Program-made: the position numbers and the translations under genes
The notes under the pieces: model-generated
The model's database searches: none
Told to the model about the DNA's origin: nothing
Seen by the model: the letters and a program-made list of their open reading frames with translations, nothing else
DNA from: Ptychomitrium polyphyllum
Lineage: Eukaryota
Reading direction: 5' to 3'
Length of the DNA stretch: 64,000 nucleotides
Assembly (NCBI GenBank): GCA_973851085.1
Contig: OZ316775.1
Location: 7,936,001 to 8,000,000 of the forward strand
Shown: piece by piece, positions 11,035-23,700 of the stretch
How the letters are laid out: every line of letters starts with the position of its first letter
Position numbering within the stretch: the stretch's first letter is position 1

Positions 11035-14000
11035 TTAGTGAGGACGCGAGTTCACTACATTTGCTACAATTTGCCCCGCACCTATGGCTACAGAAGCTGT
11101 AAGTGTAGCCACTATCAAACTCAGCAGCTGCTCACCAGCTTGGAACCCGCACACTGAGATCTGCACATAAACATAATGCGACTTAGACCAGGATGCACCC
11201 ATCGTAGCATGCTGTCTATTAGCCACCAGGCTCAAACCCAATAGTGAACTCTAATAAAATGTCCTTGCATGCATCAAAAATTGATACAACCTAAAGGTAA
11301 CTCGGATGCACTTGCGATTGCACTTAACTAAACAAACGTCTTCGGTAAGGTCATGAAAGAAACATCGTGACCTTGCAACAAGAGCCTCACCTTGTACTTG
11401 TCGTTGTCCCATTGAACAGCCTCGCTAATGGAAGACATTGTCTGAACAACCGTACGGTATTCTTTCAACTCCTCTAGAGTAAGCTCATCCTTTTCCCGGT
11501 TGATCTTCATTTGTAGTTTGAGCTGCTTGACAACAACCTTGTGTTTGTTAATCAATATTTGTCATTCTTCAATATCTACTGTCAACTGTCAAGTACAACT
11601 TGAATACATATGATGTTTGAGATAAACGTCCCAACATACCATATATTTTCAGCATCAACATAAATAAAATAATGCTAACAAGAACAATACTGACCATAGG
11701 ACCACATCAGATTGCCTTGTGTAGTTCAGAAATGATATTAGAGCGACAACGACCAATAATCACCTTATTACAACAAGCCCTTGAAAGTTAAACAGCATTA
11801 CGAGGCATCAAAATTCTCTGAGGCTGACATGTTAAAGGTTCATCTCAATTTCTCAAGCTGAATGTCCCACAACCACCAAACAAAATCGCATATATATACA
11901 AGATCATATTTCCTTGAATTAGCATATGTTTATATAACCAGATCTAGCCACAGAATATTTGCCACATTTTGAGAGAAAACAAGCCCAGAACTCACAACTT
12001 ACCAAATACTCAAAACAAATATTGAACACAACGTACATATTCAACACAGACGGTGACCACAGAACTAAGTGTAGATAGCTTGCCTTGCACTGCGTAAGAG
12101 TAGCACCTTGAACTTGACGCATTGTATTTATGTCACCGCCGGGCCATACCATAAGAGCAAGGAGGGTAAGGAAAGCATCTAAGCACACCACCACACTTAC
12201 TCTGCACATTAGAGGAGTTCATGAATCAATAAAGTGCAATATCGGCCACTCAAACTGAAGTACGTGTGATCAAAATAGAGAACAAGAAGATATTAAAAAC
12301 AAGACTTACAAAATGTAGATATCCTCTTTTTGAATACCCTTCAAAAGCCTCAAGCCAATAAAGATGACCAAAACTCCGCAGTAGCATGCAAAGTAAGTAG
12401 TATAGTACTGCACATTCACAATGAGATCAGTATATTATGAGAAAGAGAACATCCACCAAGTAATGGTTTAGGAGAAAACAGCTCCCGAGCATTGTGTCAT
12501 AATGTACAAATGGTACCCGAGAATCTAATCCCATAACAATAAGGTCTGTCTCATTTCTAGTAGATCCCAAAACTCTCTTGTGGCTCAAGCTAATGAGTAA
12601 GAAGTTCGGCGATGGAGTCAAACATAAAATTTCCTCAATCCAGAAGCTGTTGAAGGTGAATAAATTACTTACTTTGATACGTTTGAAAAAACCTAGGCCA
12701 AAATCGTGCATCAGATATCGTGTCAAAAACCAAGCCTGTAAAGATTGTACATTGTGAAAATCAATCACAATGCCCTGCCCTGTAAGACTACTTCGATCAC
12801 TGCTCGACGTACCGCCACTACTACCCCGAGAAGATGACTGGCTATTGATACTTCGTAGCCACTCAATTGACCGGCTTCTAAAAGAGCGCGGTGAGATACT
12901 TCTCACATGCTGGCTTCCAGTATAGATTCCGGTGCGTAGAAGCTCATCTAGTTTAATAGCAACGTAGTGGCGTCTCCGCAGGTCCAAGACGCCAACCATC
13001 ATGAAAGCAATGTTCGAGTATATCGAGAAGTACAAAATCACAAAAGCAGAGCTGGCAACAACCCAAGTAGCCCAATTTGGACCAGGCAAATGATGCCCCC
13101 CTGCCATCCACATCTAAAAATCAATACAATAATACAATACAGCTATCTGTGAAAGGACGCCTGCAAGGAAATTTACCGTGGTGTAGACAATCAAAGTATC
13201 ACTGACTGTCTCCTACATCTAATACAACAAATATATTACTAAGTGACAGTATACATTCTCTAAATGACAGTCCTCAGACTATAAACCATACAGACGACGA
13301 CCGTGCCGTATTGTCACTTCAGTCCCAATTAAATACGCTTCGTCAAACAGGATGTCACACAAAATGTACCTAGGAGCACCCGAAGAATAAAGGGGATACT
13401 GCTTATGCTCAAGGACACAAAGAATGCGCACTTCTTCAGATGTTGACTAAGCAAAGTATGGCCCACTCTTCGCAGCCTGCCACAAACATACTTGGTCCTG
13501 GTAAATATTTAGAGAAGAAACTTATTATCGTAGCATAAGTCACATATCCAACGTCTCGATAGCATGTTCAGAAAAGTTTCATTTTCCTGAATGGCTGAAA
13601 ATTACTAGAATGATACTTGGAAAAACAGATTCCACATTGGATCAAGGAAATTTAGGAGACCCTCGATTACGCAAGAGTGTGCAGGCGATGCAATCTCCGT
13701 AAGACCAAAAGAATCAATTTGTGCCAATTTAAATAAACTTAAACAAGTTGAAAGCTGTGTAGTACAGGAAGACTGAGTAGGAAGGAAATTTAGAGGTAAC
13801 CTCAATAACTGACCTTCTCAAGCTGGAAGATTGGCGGATTGCATGAGCTGCGTATAAGCGGACAGGTAAGCTGCTCGGTCGCATGCCTGCCCCAGTTTTT
13901 GTTTTCATGTCAAGACATTCATCCCTCCCCATCACCAACCATCTGTTAGCTTCCTCCAGGACGTGCACATCCTACAAAATACAACATTAATCAGTCGGTT

Positions 14001-16294
14001 TTGAGTAACCCACATCACCTTTCTCCCCGTTTCATATAGTGAAGGGTATCGAACATGCTATAAAGTAACGAAGTTGAACAAAAATCCACTTTACAAGCGA
14101 CACCCCTGAACAAATAACACGCTAATTCGCAATTAAGTACAATTAAGTCCCACTGTATACTCATGAAAGGTAAATACACAACGATTTGGTAAGTTTGCAT
14201 TTCATACAAAAGCCCATAAAATAAGAATACAGATTAAAACTACCAAGTTCGAACTACAAGAATATGCTGATCCTCACCCCTCACTGCGTTCTCACAAGAT
14301 ATTTAAGGTAAAGTTCAAACCTCTTTCACTTCCTGGTTGTCTTTCCCCAGATGAAGATCTAATACCATGTCCCGGAGTGCCTCAAATGAGTCAACGCTGG
14401 TGTCAAGCTGAAAGGAGTAGTTCGTTAAAAACTTACGAAGACGAACTGCAGCCAATAAAAGCTCCCGCTTCAGCACTTTCAGTGGTAGTGGATCTGACCA
14501 ACCTCCCAGTACCTACCAAGAGTTGATTGAGAAAGTCAATTGCACCATTAGATACATGTAATCATTTGATAAATTTGCAAATGATGTGACCTTGCTAAAG
14601 AACCATGATCAAATGGTATCTCATTTTTAACGTCTCTCCACTACCAAGATTCAGCCGTTCAGAAGCGAAGGTGCATCCATGTACTCTCATGATTGTGAAG
14701 CTTCCACTGCCCACAGATTTTCAATCGCCATCAAGAGTAGCTCGCTTTTACAAAAGTGATAAAGAACGTACAGTTTGATGCACTCGACTTGATAGGTCCA
14801 ACACTTCTGTTCGCATTTTCTTCATTTCCACATTTGACGCAAATGCGTATTTCGTAGCCACCACCTGAATTGAATCATGATCCATTGCCTTGGGAATCAG
14901 CAGTTATACGACCAAACCATCTTATGGCTTCCACGGTTCTACCCATTGTGCATCTAACTTCGCACTAACATCATCAATGCTCATATCAAAACAGGAGCAG
15001 CAGCATATTAAAAAATAAGTTATCCAACACAGGAATTCTAATCACTGAACTGCTACAGGCAATTAGTAAAAAATTTAATCGCTCCCGAATTCGCTTGAAT
15101 TTTTAAATAAATATTACTTCATGTTCCTAGCCATTTGAAGCGGTCCCGATAGTCAAGTACTTCATAATCTGAATCCTCTCAAAGATATCTGAAGAGAACA
15201 GCACACAGTTCTGTCTACTAATCCTTGCCACACATCAGGCTTGTTCATAACCAAGGGCCTGATTTTGTTACTTGAGAGACTAATATCTGAGGCTCGTACC
15301 GCATTACGCATAATCCAGATTATGTCCAGCAGAGCAATGTCGTATAGAAATTCGAGATGACTTCCTCGGACGAGGAGAAACAAGCTTACTCCATTAAAGG
15401 CGTAAACTGTGAACACCATCGCCAAGACATCCTAGGTTGTTAGTAACTGGCTCTCTCCAGTGATGATATCCACCAAACGATACAAACGAACAATACAGTA
15501 CAGTGCTCTATGACGTTACATTACACTACATTATAAGCAAAAAAAAAAACTCCTAAATATTGGGTATGAAACGCGACTAGGCGCCAATTATGTCCTCATA
15601 ATTGTAGTATTCTCAACAACACAAAGAAGTGAAATTGGTGAAACGAGAATATGTTTTTTCATTACATCTGAAATGGATTTTCTGATTATATTGCTTTAAC
15701 GTTAGATGGGTTTGACTTGCAGAAACACTTACAGCAACAACCCAAACCAAGCTGTGCATATACGAGTCCGCTCGGCGAGCCTTTCCCAGGCAAAAAAAAA
15801 CGGTTAATAAGCGCATATTTTCCTCCATCCAACCACATCAGAGGTATTGATAATGGATAGAAAATGTGGTAAATCAGATCCTTGAAAAACACGGCCCTGC
15901 ATGATAACAAAAAACCATCGAAGTCACTGCAAGAAACATCCTGGAGCATCACGAAGTGGCTCCACAGAAATATTGTAGATAGCAACCCTTTTCCTTGTTT
16001 TCACATCTCAAAACGAAAAATGTTCCAAATCAATGATAGAACCCCAAACTTAGGCTACTCGTGTCAAACTTAGAGGCTTTTAGCTGAGCAACAAGCTTAC
16101 GCATTAAATTTCACAACAGCTTTAGCTTCTAGATCTCTTGCATCCAAGAATCTCTCTTGATGAACATCCGAACACCCCTTAATTCCGACCACTTTTTGAT
16201 CCCGTTCCCCTTCTTCCGCTTCCTCCAAAGTCGAACCTCCATTTCTTCGACTTGATAAGCTGTTGCCGAAACTTAGCTTAAACAAATGAAGCAT
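11035..16294 (-). CDS. Multipass membrane protein, PHTF-like / 7TM ion channel superfamily candidate, about 11 exons
   Basis: ATG at 16294, TAA at 11037-11035. Phase-consistent exons include 16294-16101, one starting 15896, and 13113-12671. Several hydrophobic segments. Motifs SIPFILR, FMMVGVLDLRRRHYVAIKLDELL, IDFHNVQSLQAWFLTRYLMHDFG, PGGDIN...LTQCKLKLQMK...KDELTL, and terminal YKISVCGFQAGEQLLSLIVATLTASVAIG. The gene is well supported; the family call is inference. Confidence 0.75.
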
Positions 16295-17394
16295 GACCCC
16301 CGACTATGCTCTTTCACGACGCAGTTACGTGTCTACAAAACCACTGACGGTGGAAAAGTACAGTTAGTGGCGAAGAGACTTAGGCAGTAAAAATGCACGA
16401 CTGACCTTCAATATTATATCAAATGTTCATCACATGATCATTTAAAAGAAAAATTAAGGATCGCTCATTAAGCTCCTCCCTAATTCGTACTTTAGAACGG
16501 TGTACTAACCTACTTAACTTCTAACGTTAAAGATGATCACTAATTTTTGTCCACACTCGGATCATAATTTATTTTTTTTAAAGCCAGTTCATCATACAAC
16601 GTAGATCTAGTTGCATAACTTACATTCGATGATGGGGCAACCGTCAACAAGCATTTGGGGCACAAACTGTATTCAATGAAACCAATGGACTCAAACCCTA
16701 TCAACCACCGTTCCCACATGGTAGCAACTTAGAGTAAAGTGTCATGTGCCGATCAGTTGGGCGTCGCAACAGCTGAAGGCGTGGAAACAGATTTGCATAT
16801 CACGAATATCAATTGCAGGTTCTCGGTCCATAATAACTGTACATTCAATTCTACATTATTGAATTCGCTCCCCAAGTGATCCTTCTGTGACAACCTGGAG
16901 GACCCCACCTCTCGATCCTTCCTGTGAGGATTGCACCCAAGGCAACCCACTAACCCCTACCCTCAGACATCATCACTACACTACCCTAGGCATCCACCAC
17001 AGAGTGACGCTCGACACAACCAACAGCAAACAAAAAAAGGAAAACCGCTTGCTCCAGACATCATCACACATCAAACCGACTGCAAATTTGGTCTGGCAAA
17101 GAGAAACTCACAATCAGGCGGCAGATGCACACATGTGAGCAGCTGAGAAGCAAACTTCAGAATAGCCCGTAAGCGGATGACGACAATACTAAGCTGGCCG
17201 AAAAACCCGCCCGCGAAAAACACTAGCGTCATCACCTCCATCCCGCTCCGCTTCTCCTCTCTCCCAGACTCCCTTGACAATTGAAAAAACACCCCCCCTT
17301 TCCACAATAATCCCTCTCAACGCAAATCCTCACATCCAAAACCACTACCTTTACTAAGCACCCCTTCACTGCAGCTGCACCCCAGCCACAACCG

Positions 17395-17450
17395 AAACCT
17401 AGAACCTGCAACCTCCAACCTCCAACCTGCAACCTGCAACCTGGAAACCC
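17395..17450 (+). repeat. Tandem 7-bp repeat (AACCTSC)n, about 7 degenerate copies
   Basis: aaacctag aacctgc aacctcc aacctcc aacctgc aacctgc aacctgg read directly. Confidence 0.85.
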
Positions 17451-17647
17451 GCTCCTCGTGTTCTCCGCGAAGCAGTCAAGCTCCGTGGATTCTGGGCTAC
17501 GCAGCAGCATCCGTAGGCACGGTGAGTGCACACACACAATACAGTGGAAGACGAATGGAGTGTGAAGGTTTGGGGTACACAGGAGTTGACTGCAATCGGA
17601 ATGCGATGGTGGACACGATGGAGCAGCCGTCGTGGGCTGTGCGTGCG

Positions 17648-17731
17648 CGTCGACGTCGACGACGACGACGACGACGTCAATCCTCCCCGTCGACAACGAC
17701 GACGACGTCAATCCTCCCCGCCGACGACGAT
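17648..17731 (+). repeat. (GAC)n microsatellite with a duplicated GACGACGACGTCAATCCTCCCCG unit
   Basis: Two copies of gacgacgacgtcaatcctccccg inside GAC runs. Confidence 0.85.
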
Positions 17732-17949
17732 AATGCATTTGTGCATTTGTGCCTTGTGTGCTCTGTGCACCGCAGGATGCCGCTTCGTCGCTTGCGTGGC
17801 GTCCATCCATTGCAGTCCCCTCCTTCCTCCACTATTTGTGTTTTAAGGATTACGTTTCTTCTCCACTTTTCCATTTGCAACCATGTCTATTAATACATAT
17901 CTACGTTTTTTATGCCAAAGCTTTTGATACATTTATTTTACTTGCCAAT

Positions 17950-20900
17950 AGCCAATAGGTTAGATCTTATTAATAAAATTCTTTTTTTGGAACTGTTAGA
18001 GAGTTGATATGAATGTAAAATCTACAAAGTGACTTATGTTCCATAATAAGCATAAGACTCTTGTTAATTATGTGATTTAAATGGTATTCATATTATGGGA
18101 ATTATGGGCCAAAGATGAAATTATGGGATGGTATTTTTATACTTGAGCAAAAGTAATTTACAAACATGTGACTTCTGAAAGTGTTTCACATAGAAAAAAA
18201 TAGTAAAATCACATTATTTATGATGTTCATTTAATCTTTTTTTTTAAACTTTTTTTGATGAACAATAGTAATGATGACATTAACAAATTGAATTTCTTTT
18301 ACTATATCTCATGGTATTTTTTAACCAATTATAATTATTAATGTGTTGCATTAGCCAAATTTACTTGCCTTACATGCATAAAATTCAAAAATTCAAAAAA
18401 AAATTCAAAATTGATTTTTAATGTATTTAATATTGTCATTGATTGAATTAAACAAGTTAGCATTGATTTAATTCAAGGGGTGTATAAAACTTAAAATTCT
18501 TATAGTTATAAAAAGATTTTTTCTTTCTTTTTGTAATATGTTCTTTGTGTATTGTTTTTTGGCATTGTGTGTTCTTTAATAATTCTTTGTGAGCAAATAA
18601 CAATAAAAACTTTCTCTCCATTAAGGTGGTTTTCAATCAATTAATTTTTTACAGGCTTCTTTGATTGATCTTTAAATAATTGGTTTTCCATAAAATAATC
18701 TCATTTATCTAAAATAGTTTAATTTTTCAAAGGCTTTGCAAACTAGGAAGGAAAATTCAAATTTTCATTTTTTAAAGGATCTTAATTTTAATTAGACAAG
18801 ACCTTATTAATTTCTTCTATTATAAATTTACATCAACCATTCCTAAATAAATAGATTATTTGGTTTAATAAACTACATAGCCTTCTTGAAATAACGTGGC
18901 CAAGGCACAATTCCATTAAAAAGAGCACCTTCACTTCCAAATCCTTCAAATCCAGATCTAAAGACTTAATTAAAAAGAATGGTCACAAATAATATTCTTT
19001 TTTATTCCGCATAAAATTGAAGCAATCATTGTTGAGGATGACGTGATCCATATTCTTCAAATTGCTCAATTGAAAATGTTTAATATTATAAATGCATTCA
19101 ATATTTTTTATTCAATAGATGTGACAAGATGTTTTTGGATGTTTTCAAAGGAATTTTGGTGTTGTAAAGCCATTTAAAAGGATGGTCAAGTAACTACAAT
19201 ATTTCCAAATTTAAAAATATTTTAGTAGGCAAAATTTTTACTTATCGATTATAGCACTTTAAAACAAAGTTGATTTAATTGTTAATCACAATTGTTTAAT
19301 ATAAATGCCAATAATGTTGTAAAAAGATATAAAAAGTAACATCATTTATATTTTTGTAAGTAATTTTTTAATGTTAAAATAAGATATATGGATAATAGAA
19401 AATTATATGCAAGGACCAATTTATTACTTTGGCTTCATATGAAATAATCTTTCATCTTTTGTTTGGTTGATTACATCCAAAGTTGACTTTTCATTGGACA
19501 ATTATGATAGTGCATTGACCATTCCACAACCTGGTATAATTAATTGTTACTATTGATTGATATGTAATTAAAGAATAAAAAAATACCAATCTTATACTTG
19601 TGCTTTGTTAATTGAGTAAACCAATGTCATGTAATCAATTACAATATGTAGCTACTATGAATACATCATCATTTTACTTATGTATTTAGGTTATATAATT
19701 AATGATAAATGTGCCCTTTTTAGACGTAAATTTTTTTTTTCTTTGGCCAATGAATTTTATTATATTAAAATGATATAATATACTCTTATATTTAAAAAAA
19801 CATGCACAATAATCATTTTTTTTCAAAACATTTTTAAATATCTTTTTTCAAATTTTAAAATTAAATAACTAATATATTACAAAATTAATAATGATGATTC
19901 AAAACCTATTCAAATTAAAAAGTACAATTTGAAGAATTCATTAGCAACTTACATTTTGTGATCTTAGGATTTGAAAATCACAAATATTTAATTTTATTAC
20001 AAGTTTATAACAAACTTTAAAAACTAATCCAAACTATAATTTAATACAACAAAAATTACAATCACTATCAAAACTCAAATTAAAATTACAAATGCATAGT
20101 TAGCATTCCACTAACTTTGAGTTTATTACAGTATATACATTTGATACATAACGTCCATAACTTACATTTGCTACATTCATTTTTTTATTTCAATTGTCCA
20201 TATTTATATCCTTTAAAGATTTACAAGTGGAATAACGGATAGCTTTGCTAATACAAAGTTTTCATTAAGCATTTGCTCCATTGTCTCAATAATCTTTTTT
20301 GATTTCATACTTCCATATTTCTTTTCCTTTGACATCTCCTTCATTATTTCTTTTCGATTAAAGGACCAATTAAGGCAAATTTTAAGCTACTTTTTTACTC
20401 CAAATTGACTTATGAATTCCATTTACGTTGCATTTATGTGTTTCATATTCTTTGACTTCTAAAGTATTGCTAGATTTTTTTAAAGGATTGCTTCAACTTA
20501 TTCTATATTTCTTCATGCATATGTCTTATTCTTTCTTTGCCGCTCTTAATCATGTTCTATAATTTCTCATGTTTCAAACTAACTTCTATTATTATTATAA
20601 ATTTAATGGCAATATCCTTCACAAGGTTATTATATTTCCAAGATTTCTAAATTATCTCTTTCACTATGTTCACAAGATTATTTAATTAATGTTTAATATT
20701 CATACAAGTGGAATGAGGTTAAGACAAGTTATTTCAATTGTCTACTTATTGATTCTAAGCAATAAGTTAATTTAAATGCTAAATTAATACATGAATTGTT
20801 CCTTAGTCTCTCTTTTCTTTATGCCTATTTCCTTCTTTTTTTCTTATATATTGAATTTTTCAACAAACTCATCTTTTCTGCACCTTAATCATTCTAATAC

Positions 20901-23700
20901 TCTCCATTAAATAAAGTTTTGTTCTTTAAATGCTAACACCAAGGAAAAAAATTGTTAATGGAATTACAGCCAAACATTGCTGATAGTGTGGCCCTCATTA
21001 TTTTTGTATAAAGTGATTGTAATCCTTTCATCCGCAATGTTGTATATTCCTCTATGACTATAGCCTCTATTATGATCATTTTTTTAAAAGTTTAGACAAT
21101 TGAAATATTGATTCTTTAAATAGAAATATTTAATTATATTTTTAAGAAGACAACTTTTTTTTTAGAAATGATGATTAGCGTTCTTTTACATTAAATTCTT
21201 TTGTTCATTGTTAAACCTATCTTTATTGATATACCATAAGTGCTAAATTTTTAAGCTCTTGCTTTAACTTGGATTAATATGCCTACTTCATATATGACCT
21301 CAATGATATAAATTCATATTGTACACATTGAACCTCATTGCCAACAAACTTTTCATTTGTACCACTATAATGTTGTCACTAATACCTTCTAAATTATCAT
21401 TTTTACAAAGTAGTCATATAAACAAAGTAGCAAAGATCATTGAATTGAAAACAATTACTATATTATCTTATTTTGATATTTTTGCCAAAGACTATGTTAT
21501 ATAATTATTCACAATAATTGTTATACAAGGGGCTTCTACAAACACAAAAATCTCATCATTCAAGATGTTAGCTAATGCATTTTTTGGTGAATTCTTCATT
21601 TACTACTTGTTCAATGTTATCAGCAATGTTTGCCTATAATCCCATTAACAATGTTTTTGTATTTAAATGAACTAAGTATTTTGGCCTTTTAACTTCTTTA
21701 ACAATTTCTTTTTGAGAACTTTGATGAAATCTCTTGCACTTTTTTATCAACAACAACCTATAATATAGTATGTCATACATTTTGGATGTGATTATTCAAT
21801 CTTCCAATTATATCCTATTTTTTTTTTTAAATGCTAGAAAACCTTAGCATTCTATATTATGCTACTCTTCAATATTCATCCTAGATAGAATAGAAGTCAT
21901 GCTATTTATAAATTTTCAATGCTCAATGTTCTTCTTTATCAAAATATGTGCATTATTTGATTCACCATTACTATTAATAGGTGAAAATATGCTAGATACC
22001 AAATGCAAGTTGTCATTCTTTGTTTTATGTTGTCTCACTAAAACATTTGTGTTATAGTTAACATAACTTTTCTTTACTTCCAAATACATTAAAAGATGTT
22101 TTTTGGGAATTTAAAAAAAATTCCATTCATTATGTATTTTTTGATTTGTTGCTTTGCGCTGCGTACAACATTGGAATCTACATTGAATAACATTGGAGTA
22201 GTTGCACTAAAATGAAGGTGATAAGAATGTTATCTATAATTTAAGCACATTATGTTTTAAAAAATAATTTCAATGATTAAATAAGGAATGAGTATGTTTC
22301 TAAGCTATAGTAAGATTTACCTTTAAAAGTGACATCTAATAAATAATGCACAACTTTTCTACAAATACATATTTTTGGATTCTCTTGAATGTATGATAAT
22401 GTTTAATTAAAATTCATCTCATGTTTAGTTTAAAGAATTAGAATGATGTTTTTTTCTGGCTTAACTTAATATTAGGCAATAAATAAGATAACACCTTCAA
22501 ATCTTATAATCCACACTAATATGTCCTTGAATTTCTATAATGTATTTATCTTTTGTTGCCAATTATTTTTGAATATTAGTAAAAACATTAAAAAATAAGG
22601 TTTTCTTCTATTGCCTACATTTGGCTATTGTACTTATTTAAATTCATTTGAAGTAAATGTTCCAGCATATATATCTTCTACTTTATTCCAAAGGAGAATT
22701 TCACCCGCCTTATTAATTATTCCAATTATATAATACCTTATTTATATTAGTTCTATTTCATTTTTATTTAACCATTTTTTTGATAAAACCTTAGCAATTG
22801 CCAATTTTAACATCTATTGTGTAAATTAATACATTTGTTATGAAAAACTTCATATTATAACTCATATATTAGGTAGAAAGAAGAAATTATAATGGAAAAT
22901 AATATAATGCTATTTATATATAAAATCAACTATAATTTATGATTCTACTTAATATCAAGGTAAAAATACAATTCAATTACATATTTTCAAATACATCATA
23001 TATTCAACCAAAAAATAAAATAAAATTCTACTTGGTATTATTTAATTATATATTTAAATATATAAAAAGAATAATTAAGAAATTTGATTTAATGAAATAT
23101 TTATCTAAGACTAAATATTGAATTAGACATGCAAATTTATTTTGCCTTACAAGATAGATCAAATATGTCAAATGATAGTAAGCAATAATAAAAAATATAC
23201 AACAAACATACTTTACAAATTATATATTTATATTGTAATTCTTTAATATAAAAACAAATACAATAAGTTAATTCAAATTTACAATGGTAAAATTAAGAAC
23301 TACAATTAACAATGATAACAACTACAATTAAATAAGACATGAGTGGTGGTTTTAAAAGATTTATATTGTTTTCCATAATGCATATTAATTGCAAATCCAA
23401 TGCTTCTTAAAAACAATCATTCTATTAAAAAGGTATAAATAAAAACTCAATATTTAGGCTAAATAAATAAGTCTAAAAATATATCTTTTGGATTGATATT
23501 TAATATTTGATAAAATACAATAAATTTTGAATATCATATTTAAATTTTAATGAATTATGATTGAACTTAATAATCAATGCACATTCTTATAAAGAATAGT
23601 TATGAATACTTATGCTAACCAATATATACAATATTATACAATATATGCTTGTATCCGTATTTGATAGGTCCACAAATACTCTTGCCTTTGTATGTTTTGC
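17950..23700 (-). mobile_element. Heavily decayed Ty3/gypsy LTR retrotransposon relic; boundaries approximate
   Basis: Very AT-rich, no long ORFs. Minus-strand residual motifs in gypsy order: MVNALS*LSNEKSTLDVINQTKDERLF (~19525-19445; resembles the VADALSRL...PDQT.DA.LF RNase H end) and PWPRYFKKAM*FIK (~18905-18864; resembles the integrase zinc-finger WWPTMFKDAxEFVK). LTRs and TSD not recognisable. Confidence 0.5.

Noticed and set aside
17232..17958. Overlapping ORFs with poly-R, poly-D, poly-V and poly-S tracts
   Set aside because: Products of the GAC microsatellite and high GC; no recognisable protein.
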